A DNA stretch of 64,000 bases, taken from Trichoplax adhaerens. Its lineage: Eukaryota > Animalia > Placozoa. Under the pieces are notes generated by a model. That model saw nothing but the letters and a program-made list of their open reading frames with translations, had not been told where the DNA came from and made no database searches. Within the stretch, counting starts at the first letter, position 1. The number at the start of each line of letters is the position of its first letter. The stretch is taken from the NCBI RefSeq assembly GCF_000150275.1, contig NW_002060972.1:186645-250644 (forward strand), given 5' to 3'. Made by a program: the position numbers and the translations under genes. Shown in pieces: positions 39,637-51,384 of this stretch.

Positions 39637-42600
39637 CTATTTAGCTGCTTGAATGTTAGCTATAGCATGTCTCCTTGCTGAGCTGAAAGTTTTCTGTTAT
39701 TGAATATCATAGGCAAAGAACATAAACAAATCACCATCAGCTGAATACCAATCAATATCATTTCCATTATTACCATACAAAATACGTTTTAAAATTTTAT
39801 TTCTGAGGAAGCTATGAATTAAAATTGATTTCTATTTATCAGGCTAGCCAAAATAAATAAAACTAAAACTAATAATCAAACAAATATCATCAGACTACGA
39901 TCAAAATTGTCTCAAATAGAAGCAACAAAAGATAGTAATGAAATCTTAATTTTGAGAGATTACGTATGTTAGTTCATTCAAGGAATCAACCATTGGCCGT
40001 TAATTACCACTGCTTTGCCATTGCTGTTACCTGAACTAATACTAGGTGCAAGCCTATTTCTCTAGCTGCCTCGTATATAAAAATATTGAATTCTTTTTCT
40101 TTCTTCTCCAGCTCGGAGTTTTCAGATTGCAATCTATCACATTAAATCGGATTTCAGCTAGGTAGTTCACAAGACCTTTGGTAATTTGACTAACGATATA
40201 CACGTAAAATGGATACTAAATAGTAATTAATGTTACTCTGATTATTACCTAAATTGATAAATAAAAACTAGAAGGCTTCAAAAATTAAGTATAGTAACTG
40301 ATCTTAGTCCTATTACCACGGATGATTCTTATAATTTTATTGTTATCAGTTGTAGAAAAAATTTTACTAAGAAGAGATACTAGGCAACAATTCAAGATAT
40401 TCAGGCATTCAAAAGTTAGTGTTCTAAGATTGCGATCTCGTAAATTAACAACGACTGAGAGTGGTATCTAGAATAGTAATAGAAGTTGCACATCTTATTT
40501 CTAAATGGATGAATATAAACTGAAATACTTGACTAAGTATCAATCGATTTTATGTCAATTGCTCTTGATAAAAGTTATAGATAAAATCATTTACGGATCT
40601 GTATTACTGCAAAATAACATGTGATATAAACTATCAAATTGTTTCCTTAAGTAATGATCGAAATGATCAGATTACCAAACTATTGCTATAAAATAGTATG
40701 CAGGACAGAGTAATCAGTGTTACTGAGATAAATAGCTCAACAGATAATTAGAAACGTGACTAGAAAACTTTACTATAAACTTAATATAGTAGCTGGTCTT
40801 AGTCTTGCTTCCATCGATAGATCTTATGACTTTATGGCAATCAGTTATAGACAGAATAGTTTTACTGAGTAGGAAAACTGTGCAAGAATCTAAGCTACTC
40901 AAGCATTCTAATTTATTATTTTTAGATAACAATCTAGCAATTTAATGATAGTGAAGAATAGAATCCAGAGTAGCAATGAAAATTACATATCTATTTATGG
41001 AATGAGTAAAGGTGGACTGAATCGCTTGATTTAATAATCAATCAATTTGAGTTCTATTTCTCTCGATAACAGTTATGGATGAAATCATTTACCCGTCCAC
41101 TTTACTACAAAGTAACCTGTTATATAAGCTATGCAGATCACTTCCTCAAATAGTAATCATATCTACTAAGATTTAAGCAAGCATTATAACAGCATCTCTT
41201 TAGCAGTTGTCTGGTAATTTGCTATCACAGCTCAGAGTTTAAGTAAGATGGAATAGATAAAATTTCTGACCTTTCTTTCAATTCTTTCAATTCTTCATTT
41301 AGTAGCATTGGATTAATTACTGGTAATTCTTCAACTCTAAAAAATAATTGATATCGAGAGATGACATCATCCAATTCCATCCTATATTGTTTCATTCGTT
41401 CGTTCGTGTCCTTCAAATTTAAAATTTTGTAAGATTAATCAGAAAAATATTAATTTTAACCGCATGTACTTTGTTAATCTATAGATAGAGCGTTTACTAT
41501 AAGCAACGTTGAATTGCATATTTAATCGCTCCAGAGTAGATCCAATATATCGATTCGCTTTACATTTTCGATCCGCTCTATTTCTTCCTCCATAATTTGT
41601 AGTTTATGTTTTCTTTTATTGTTGTCATTTTTCGTTATGTAGATCATATAATCCATCTAAATATGATGAGAATTGAACTGATTTAGAAAAGAACATAAAC
41701 TATAGGACGCATAATTACGTCAAGTATACTAAAATATTTAGAAAAGGATCATTTTACCCTATCACAAATTTCAGCTGCTTCAGGCAGATTACGTAAATAT
41801 CGATAAAAGTCATCTGTTAGTTCATCTAAAGCTCCAGACAGAGTCTGCATGGAAAAATAGAAATAAAAATTCATAGAATCTACTTCTAAGGAAATTTGTC
41901 TAATAGTAATTGCAGGTCGTTGTTCCTGTATCTGTTTTCCGTTTTTACTATCTAACAATCTGTAAAAAAGTAGCGTTAAGTCGCACTGACGCTACACTAA
42001 GATGTACGAAGGATTAGTGAGTTAGCGTAAAAGTGCACAACTATTACAAAATCACTGAACAACAGGTATACATACTGATTTCAAATCAGGAAATTGCGAG
42101 GGTGATTGGGAAGCAAGAGAAATCATATTTAGTAGCCAGTCCTCCGTTAAGTAAGATAGATAAATTTCAAGTTTATCGAGGCATGCCGCCATATTCATCA
42201 ATTCTAGTTGATTGTTACTGTAAGTGATGTCCAACTATTATTAGAGTAAATGAAAGGCAAGTAGTGAAAAATCTTCGTATTAATAAGGGATTAGCTATAA
42301 AAGATTTTTCCGTACACAACATGAATTATTTACCTTTGGAGTATAAGGATCAACCGCTAAGCGTGATGATAAGTTATTTGAGAACATAGAATATGGGAAT
42401 ACCAAAATTTTAGAATTCATTTCAATTCAAGAGATATTGAGGTGAAATTAGGTTACATTAAACGTTTGTGTTTGCAAAATTAATTGTAACACTCTAATAA
42501 TATCAGAATAGGATGAGATAGAAGTCTTTTTGCTTTGCTTTTTATACAGTCTTAGACAAAGTATCTTAACTTACCTACTAAGGCTGAATTATAAGTTTCA

Positions 42601-44552
42601 AATAGATCATCTACTTTCTGTCGATCGTTAATTGGCAAGGTTTCAACACAAAATTCGTATACAGCCTAAGATGTAGAAATTGGAAGAAATCTTAAAATCT
42701 TTGGCATCACATACGTATTTACCTAAACTAATTGTATTGCCTAAACCAGCAAAATTGTTTATTACGATATCATAAAATACTCTAAATATCTATAGAGTGG
42801 AATAAGGCTTTAAAGCATGTCACGGTACTCGAACTACGACGGGTAACAATGTCATCCCTTTATACAGTATGTAGGTTGTTAGTAAATCTAGAATTGTAAA
42901 ACTAATTCATTTTCGAGTAAAATCAAGTGAACAAGTCAGATAGCTAATTCATAACAGAGCTCAAGGTTGGATTGCACTCTATGCCTATTCAATTGTACTG
43001 TATTTTAAAGTATAGTATAAGGTTGTAAAAAATTTAGATCTAGATTACACGATAGCTAATGTTTGCATAAAAGAAATAAAGCGAGTGACTTTTACAAAAA
43101 GGAGAATTCTAGATTTGATTCCAGTGAAAACTGGCGTGTGTGTTTAATTTAACAAGCGTTGGAAGTAGTTTTGGTAGTGCAAAAAGTGGTTGTTAAATAA
43201 AGAATCCGGTGAATGATAATTTTGGGCCAGTTTACTAACATTTAGTGAGAATACTAACTATAATTAATAGATTGTTATCTCTGAAACTTGGTTTAATTTT
43301 ATTACATTAAGGTTACTGCCACTTGCAAAATGCGAGCTGAACTCGCAAATAATTGAAATAGCGTATCTGCAGTACAGATACAGTATCCTAACATACAAGC
43401 AGCATATATATGTTTTCTACCATGGCATCATTTTAAATTGATTTCCAACTAAAAATTTTAATTGAAAGGTTTTATTACTATCATCAGCTGCAATAATGCA
43501 CAAAATTCAAGAAATTTAATAAGACCGCTATCGTACTTACGCGCTTGTTGTATAAACGATAACTATCCTCATTATTGATCAATTGAGCAACTGGAAAAAG
43601 TAAATCATCTTGATCGATTTCATCATGGCACTGTAAGGAAATAAGAAATTGAGGTTATAGATAAGTTCTAACTCGGTTACAGAAAATACTTTTAAGTTTA
43701 TAGCCAATCACTCTAGCCAGATAAATCTTAGATAGAAAGCTTTAAAAATAGAAAGCAGATTCGTATGCTGTGTGTCGGATATTAAACTGGGCATTTGCTA
43801 GACAAAAGTAATTATTACTACCTTTATTAAAGTAATTGTCCATTGTAAGCACTTTAGCAATGATAACGAAACAAATACATCATCTTGTCCAAAAGCAACA
43901 ACATCTTGTTCGTTTAAAGCTATAGGATATTGAAGTTTTTGTAGTGTTATTTCAATAGTATCGCAATCGATTTGTTCAGCAGCATGTTGGCTATAACCAA
44001 GATCCTGTAGAAACCTCTGGTAATATCAATGATAGACAGCAAATATTAAATTGATAGCTTTATCTAATCAACTTTTCAAGTAGTACCAATGCTATAAAGT
44101 ACAAATAAAACTTTTTACATCACATATATGATATCTATTACTATCACTTCGCCAAATTACGGAATTAATTTCATTTAGTATACAATAATCTCTCCTCCTC
44201 ACTCTGAATAATATGTAGAAATCATTAGGTGTTATGTGGCCTCGATCTTTGATTTGAACCAAATCCAATACTTCATTGCCTTGAAAGTGTTCATGATGCT
44301 GTAAGAACTAAATAGATGGCATGCTAATTAAAAATAGCCTTCCATGCTAGGCTCGCAATTAATATCCGCTCTAGTTATACCTCAATAACATCTTGAAGGT
44401 GCCGTCGGTAAACTTTGGCATATCAGATTGAAATAATATCGAAGATTAATACGGTACTAATAACAAGCAGTGAGTACCTAAAATCGTTCATTTATATAAT
44501 ATATACCTGGACTATCCGGTTTTGTTGTACTAGAAAATTGTAAATCATCCAT
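39637..44552 (-). CDS. Divergent NDC80/HEC1-like CH-domain coiled-coil protein
   Basis: Exons 44552-44507, 44412-44381, 44307-44203 and 44016-43822 give VIEFLQ...TPNDFYILFRRFLQDLG...IEITLQKLQYPIALNE...LLKCLQWTITLIK, matching the Ndc80 CH pattern EFL...DF..IF...LGYP..L...L.WLI..IK. Further exons at 43630-43541, ~42665-42579, ~42355-42333, ~42217-42076, ~41844-41758, ~41656-41564, ~41410-41271, ~40133-40031 and ~39693-39637 encode coiled coil. The 3' exon structure is less certain. Confidence 0.6.
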
Positions 44553-45851
44553 GATCAAGAAGCATTTATGTTATTCATCCATTTGTTAATTTTAAAATTC
44601 AAAGGAAGTTTTCCATTTGGATTTTAATTGCAAAAGGAAGATTAACCGAAGAATTTTTAATGTCAGTACTGTACTTTTCTTGCCTACTCGTTTGGTAGTC
44701 GTAGTACAGGCATCCGTAGTAATGGTGGTAGGGTAGCCAAAACCTCTCTAAGCTATATTTTTTGGAACTTATTTTGACATGTATTACTATGTAGTTTGCA
44801 ATAAACAGAAAATAATTATACAAGCATATGGTTCAGATGATGATGTCACACTAATGTGACACCTATAGATGCATACTCGTATCTAATATTAGTTGTATAT
44901 CGTTAAATGCAACTTTTATTTACTTGTGCATGATTTAAATTCCTGAATGAGTGTATGCTGTACGTATTCACTTTTCTATTTTATTCATATACTTATATAG
45001 ATGAAATATTCCCTCCATTGAAATAATTTAAATATCTGGCGAACGTCGTGATTACAATTATTAACACCGGTATACTGTATGTTGTCAGTAATATTTAGTA
45101 GATGTAAGGGTTTTGAAGGGCGCGCCAATTTCTATTCCTGTATAATTTCATAGATAATATCCAGATACAGACGACGTTGTTATTGCATTTAGCTTCCCTA
45201 ATATCAGTAACTTCCGTTGAATAATTTTAATTTAAGGGATAAATTACCCACTTGATTATAATTATCGCCAGTTACTTTTTTCGCTATACCATACTACTTT
45301 ATGGTGATAGTGCTGTATTCAGTTAATTGCTATTGCAAATTACTTTGTAACAAATGATTCAGACGATTTCGACATTTGCATTTATAAAGTGCTGTGATCT
45401 TTAGTTTTAATAATACTTGAGGATCTTTTGCATTGGAAATTATTGCTTATCATCTAGAAATACAGTACTGTACTGGATGACTAAGTTATGATGTTGAATG
45501 TGATGTTATATCCTACAGTAGTATTATTTGCAGGAGTTGAACTTGTTCTATGACCGGAACTATCTTGGCATCCATGCTCCAACTACAGTACAGGAGGAAA
45601 AAGTTGTGTATTTTGGGTATCAATACTGATTTCTGTGTTGCTAATCTTAACACAGCAAACTTGACAGTATTCCTGCAAGCCAGATAATACCTGCAAATTG
45701 CAAGTAATTCCTTTTTCTAGCGCAAAGGCAAGCTCGTTTTGTGTGTACAGTATCTACCACAGCAAATATTGTGCACAATCACTTTCTGTACTTCAAAGTG
45801 TGCAAAATGATCTGTCACCCTTGATTTCTCTCCCGTCCGAAAGATGCAAAA

Positions 45852-46030
45852 TATCAATACCAGGAACTACTCAATCAAAATTGTACCCCCATTATCGCAA
45901 AAAAAGTCGATCTCCACATTGTTTTCAGTGTAGTTTCTTGTCCCGTCTGCTGTTCTCTTTCTAGGGTAGGGGAGACAATTTTTATATACGGGGTACAATT
46001 TTGATTGAGTAGTCTCTGACAGTATTGACA
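45852..46030. mobile_element. MITE-like element with long terminal inverted repeats
   Basis: Perfect 24-bp inverted repeat ACTACTCAATCAAAATTGTACCCC (45866-45889) / GGGGTACAATTTTGATTGAGTAGT (45990-46013), extended by TCAATAC/GTATTGA. Non-coding ~100-bp spacer. No clear TSD. Confidence 0.65.
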
Positions 46031-46574
46031 AAATAAAGAAAATCACAGTAGCTTACAGTATTTTATACAATGCCAATGATTCACTAAGCTCTTTCTGTAA
46101 AGTGTAAGCTAGTTATAATTTACTGTTAGTTAGTAGTATAAGGGAATTCGAAGAGAAATTCTAAAGTCTAATTCGTCTACCACAACTTAATACGGACAGC
46201 CATCTCCAGTGCGCGTGCGTAATTGGATTTAATCGATTGATAAAAATGTCCAAGAGGCGAACAGCCAGCCAATCGCCGCTTGCCACTTCAGGTTTCCACA
46301 CCCCAAATCTATTGTTATCAAATCAAATCTTTTTCCTTACTATACTTGGAGCAAGGATGATACTGATAGCAAGCAGTACTAGCAGGTACTACCAGTCCTT
46401 GGCCTAGTCTCTGGCAAGCCATTGGTATTGTAGAGTGACTATATTGCCTGCGCACACTTATCCAAATCCATCAGCGACTTCATCACTACGATTTAGTTTA
46501 TTTGGACGTTGAAGCAATTAACTTAAGCTTGATAAAATTGTTTGCAACGACAAGCTATTAAACAAAATTAAAGA

Positions 46575-48861
46575 ATGAGACTGTTGTTTAGCTCGACGTT
46601 ATTCCTCGTGGTATTTGCTGGCTTGGTACGAGGACAAGAAGGGGCTCAACCTAGTGGAGGGATCAAATTCTCTACTCCTGATTTAACCGATGAAGATTAT
46701 CATTCGCCTACTGTGCCATTGCAGTATCGTTGTGCTGTGTGCCAAGCGGTCGCTTACCAGGTTAGCTTATAACTGCTATAATCCGCAGGCAATTGGGATA
46801 TTGAATGGAAATTGCTATAAAAGATTGATTCTTCATAGCCTCCACAGAAGGATCAGCATTTATAGAATTACTTTTGCTATCAATTACGTCGTTAAGTTGC
46901 ACTGCACGCTGCACTATTCTCAGATATCGGATTACTTAGCAACTGCTAGGGAAGAGATGCATCTGTAGACTGCAGTACCAGGTGCAGTTACGGTTTTTGA
47001 ATGAATGAATTCATCAACTATGAGTAACATTTAAAATTGATCAATGTAGTAATGATGAAATCAGTTTAAATTATAATGACTAGATATGAATTAAAATCAT
47101 GATTACAAACCGAGGTTACAACATTATCTCGTCAGGAAACCTTAGTAATAACATGTGCCTCTTATTGCACTAGACTATTGAGCCTAGATATTTGCTGCAA
47201 AAGTAAACAGTTTAATTGGTAATATTGCTGCTGTACACTACGTCAATATCAATTAAATATTTTATCATTTCCTAACGATGCTGAGAGGTAATCTTACGAC
47301 ATAAATTACGAACAGTGCACTACATCAAGTTTGTATAGATGCAGGAAAGTTGTCTTATTTTGGCAAAAAATATTAACTAAGCCTTCATTTAATTGCAATT
47401 TTAATCAAATAGCTAGAGAAAGCTTTAGAAAAAGAACAAATTAAGCTTATTGGCAGAAAAAGACTCTCTGAAGTGGTCTATATTGATGTCTTAGACAAGA
47501 AATGCAATGGAGAATGGGACGGGTAAAATATTAATAGTTAGTCTGTTTAAAATAGCCATCAGCTTGCCCCCCCCCAAATGCAATGGTCGTATGATCATAA
47601 ATCTTATGCTTGACTTGAGCAGCTTCGACTTTACCTTCGTGATAATTGTCAAATAGCATAAAAGTTGTATGTTACAACTAGTATACTCGTATATCCCAAC
47701 TCACTCGAATGAAAGAAACTTTACCCTAGGTAGTGCTTGGGTTTTACGACCCCTTACACACACATAGTACAAGTAGTATAACTACACCGTTTCTTCATCA
47801 GCAATCATGAAATTACCTTATAGTATAGTATAGTAGACTATTTTACTTTTGAATGCCACCGTACTGCAATTGCTACTGTAATTAGCTGAAACTATGACAC
47901 CATATTTGCTATAACGCTTAATGATTGAACTCCTTAAGTTTGACCCTCCTATAACTGATGGATTGTAAAAGATTTCATTAACTCTATACAACTCCGCGAG
48001 GTTACGGATTGTAATTGGCGCTTCAAGATTGAAATTAATTATATAGTAACGTTGCTAGTTCAGTTAAAACTTTCGACTTGGCTATATTATGCTGTTAATT
48101 AACTCAGTCTCCGTCATTATTCAATTCTCTCTAAATTATATACCTTTTCACTACATTTTAAAATCATATTTTAGTTATGGAATCAAAAAGGTAAATGGTG
48201 TTAACCGATTTACTGGCGATGGCGTGCCATATGAAAATGACTTCGGATTTACTCAAACAGGTGGCAAATGGCCATTTAGGTGAGACATATTTGCTAAATG
48301 TGTTTTATAGTTGGCGTGGCAATAAAACATTATTATGAATGCAGAAAATTGAGTTGTTTAGATTAGAGCATATTCCAAGTAGTCAGTTGATGCTATCATA
48401 AATTCAATTTTGTGTGGAAAGTTACATCTATAGCATTCGTCTATTAATGCTCATGGTACTAAAATAACATTGACAGTGTTTCAACTGGGGAGGACGAGTG
48501 TTACAACTGATGGAAAAGAGTTTAGGTCATTGAGTTTTTTTACCGTAAACATTGTAGTAGGACGTTAGATGAGTATATTAAATTCTGCACCATACACTCG
48601 CTGCCTTATGATTGTAACGATAAACGCTATAGATATTTAGAGTATGCGTCTTGGATATTAATATAGTCATAATCTATACGGTGGCTAATTTCTTGAATAC
48701 TGTTGGTCATAAATCCTAGGCTTACCAATGAATGCCAAAATATCCTTGGTGAAGTTGGTGAAGATGAAATATATGAGGCATTTTATGATGGTACACCGTT
48801 AAAGAAATTTATTTGTCTAAAGAAAACTAAGTACTGTAATAAGAAACATGACGAATTGTAG
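46575..48861 (+). CDS. MZB1: MZB1/pERp1-like ER-luminal saposin-fold chaperone (180 aa)
   Basis: Exons 46575-46760, 47413-47522, 48175-48279 and 48720-48861. Signal peptide, PDLTDEDYHSPTVPLQYRCAVCQAVAYQ, LSEVVYIDVLDKKC, YGIKKVNGVNRFTG, TGGKWPFRLTNECQNILGEVGEDEIYEA and C-terminal HDEL, collinear with vertebrate MZB1 motifs. Confidence 0.9.
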
Positions 48862-50464
48862 ACGCGTCATAAAAATTATCCAATCTTGCATTTGGGAAGA
48901 AATTGTTTAGCTAACGTTTTAGAATCACATTCAATCTAATAGTAGTTCAAAAAACGCCGAATTAAGATTTAAAATGATGCCCTAGTTCATTTCTAGAATT
49001 TTAAGTTGCAGTCTATACTGATTCTAAGTTGTATTTGTATAATTTCTTGCATACGCCTTTATTTCCAATCGTTACTTAATGTTGTATACTCTTTAGCATG
49101 GATACGAATACAACTTTCTTGAATCTTCTATACAAATATGAGATTACGTTGTGGACACTTTTTGTGTTTGGTACAATCTTTTCTTCGATATCTGGTACTT
49201 CGCGTATGTGCGATGTTTCATCGTAGACTGTTTAGTTTCTCTACAGCAGATGTAAAAGTTTGTTGGAATGTTGTCCTGCTCAATACTGTATTTGTGTATA
49301 TTTTATAATTGTACTATATCTTAGAAGACAACAATGGTATTGCTCATTTTTACTTTCTTTGTCAAGATTATGGCTAGAATTGATCTTAGTGCAATAAAAT
49401 TTGCCGGATTTTTATTTTTGACACAATTGATTGTATAGCAACCTTGGCTATGTAATGGAACGCGTGAGATCGATTGAGCTATAGTCCATCGCTGAGGTCT
49501 TGATGCCTCTTTAGTGAGTATATTGAAAATTGAGTAATAGCTTGCCTACAGTGTACAGGATTACCTTGGCTGTAGTACTTTAGCTAAAGAGCTTGAAGTA
49601 TCATAATTTGGCTGTTCTTCGATGGAATGATCTATTCAATCATGAAACTGAACTTCAACTTACACTATAATAGCAGTGCCTAATATGCGCAATATTACCA
49701 GGGGGACTTGAACTAGTAATATGAATGGATCTTTTTATTTTCCTAATATGCTGCATTCGATCAGGTATCTTCTCATATTAAGAAGAAATTCTACTGTCCA
49801 TAGTATGATAACCTAGCTGTCAATTTGGTTTCGTGTTCTATTTTGTGTAGAATGTGTTGCTGTTCATTTGAACGGATAGTTGATCGGTAATACGCGTCGA
49901 ATTAATCAATACTTCGGCATCACATTCTAGCCAATGCTAGAGCACAGAAGTGTAAAAGCATCATGCAAAACGATTACTGAATTGTTGCAATGCCATTACA
50001 GTCCTGTGAGCTCCTACCCAGTGGAAAAGAAGTCTGCTCACGTTCGGTGCAATTACAGCACCCTCAATCTTGACTTCAAATCAAATGTCTGGCAATGGAT
50101 ATAACCATTTCCACACCTCATTCTGTGCAATTAAGCATAGCTGATTTTGCTAAAATGAAGCCATATTGTAGACCACTGTCCTCCATTGACATTGCAGTAC
50201 AGTATGGCAGCAGTAGGGTACCCTGTACCCGGTACAGCGACTGCTGTCTGTCATACTGTCTTTCTGATCAGCAGTTTGTGCAATCGGTGCTGGCTTGACG
50301 GTCCAGCACCGAAATGTCCGACTGTCTGAGTCCAGCGTGTTGAAGAATAGTACTGTCCAACGTACTGGTGCCACCACTTGGAAAATGACCACAGAAATAG
50401 TCAGTCAGTGCATTTTTGCTAACGCAAGTCGTTGACACTGTGCCTCTTTCTTCTTTTCATAGCG

Positions 50465-50554
50465 TGTACCCCAATGTGGAAGCACTACTCAAAAGAAAGA
50501 GACGGGATAGGAAACGACCACAGTGCAAAATAATGTGGGGGCTGATCGTTTTTT
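50465..50554 (-). repeat. Partial relative of the 45852-46030 MITE-like element
   Basis: The reverse complement aaaaaacgatc...ccacattattttgcactgtggtcgtttcctatcccgtct...ggggtaca resembles the spacer aaaaaagtcgatctccacattgttttcagtgtagtttcttgtcccgtct...ggggtaca. Confidence 0.5.
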
Positions 50555-50564
50555 CGGTCATTTA

Positions 50565-51260
50565 GTATACAGTACAGTACAGTGGAGAAATTTATTTTTC
50601 ACAACAGTACAAGAACCAAACCTTCGACAGGTGTAACAGTATAGTCACAATTGTGAAAAGTCCTTGACTATTTACAGTGTACAGTACGGCAAACTGAGTG
50701 TACAGTACTGTACACTGTACTGTACAGTATACAGTACTGTAGTCACAATTCTGAAAAGTCCCTGACTGTGTACAGTGTACAGTACTGTACACTGTACAGT
50801 ACAGTACAGTACAGTATGCCACGTTACACTTTTTAAGCCATACTGTATGTCTAAGATATTTTAGCCGATGAAAATTTTAACAAGAAAAATCAATGAATCG
50901 CTTTATCCTGCACAAATTATACATCAATCGGTAGAGAAAGAGCTAAATAACATAGTTCATCAATTATAATCTACGTGCGATGTCTATTTTCTTCATAATA
51001 ACTAGTTAAAGTAGGCAAACTGCTACAGTACCAAGTAAAAATATGGGTACTGTCCACTGAGTGTACACTGTACAGTACAGTACAGTCATGCTGCAGTCCA
51101 TTAGGCTATATAGGCACTCATACAGCATTTAACCAAGAAGTCAATCTCTCTACTGACTTGACCGACGACAGTACTGTACAGTCATTGAAGATGAGAACGG
51201 CTACCGTCTTACAGTACCATCATACACTACAGTGTTTTCACTGTAGTCTGCGTACCGTAC
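50565..51260. repeat. ACAGT/ACTGT pentamer-rich low-complexity array with a 46-bp direct repeat, upstream of ARCN1
   Basis: Runs of tacag/tactg. tagtcacaatt.tgaaaagtcc.tgact...tacagtgtacagtac occurs at 50642-50687 and 50740-50785. Confidence 0.8.
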
Positions 51261-51384
51261 TGTCGCCAGTTTCATAAAAGAAGAACCCAGACGTAGCCCT
51301 ATCGTGATTCTCTTCGAAACTTGGACAACTAGGAGGAAAAAGAGGAAAAAGGAAGAGAAACTCCACTACAACGATCCAAACAAC

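Noticed and set aside
44844-44861. Short perfect hairpin TGTCACA-CTAA-TGTGACA resembling LTR termini
   Set aside because: Only 18 bp, with no TSD or extended homology, so insufficient to call an element.
47045-47120. Intronic C/D-box snoRNA candidate in MZB1 intron 1 (ATGATGA box, TGTAGT/GGTTACA stem)
   Set aside because: The D box is CCGA rather than CTGA and no rRNA-complementary guide was recognised. It could easily be chance in AT-rich DNA.
50640-50790. CRISPR-like repeat-spacer array
   Set aside because: Only two repeat units separated by microsatellite sequence, in a eukaryotic context with no cas genes.
50095-50822. ORFs 50095-50298, 50150-50392 and 50592-50822
   Set aside because: They arise from GC-richer promoter-like sequence and ACAGT repeats (CTVLY runs), with no domain similarity or convincing splice chain.
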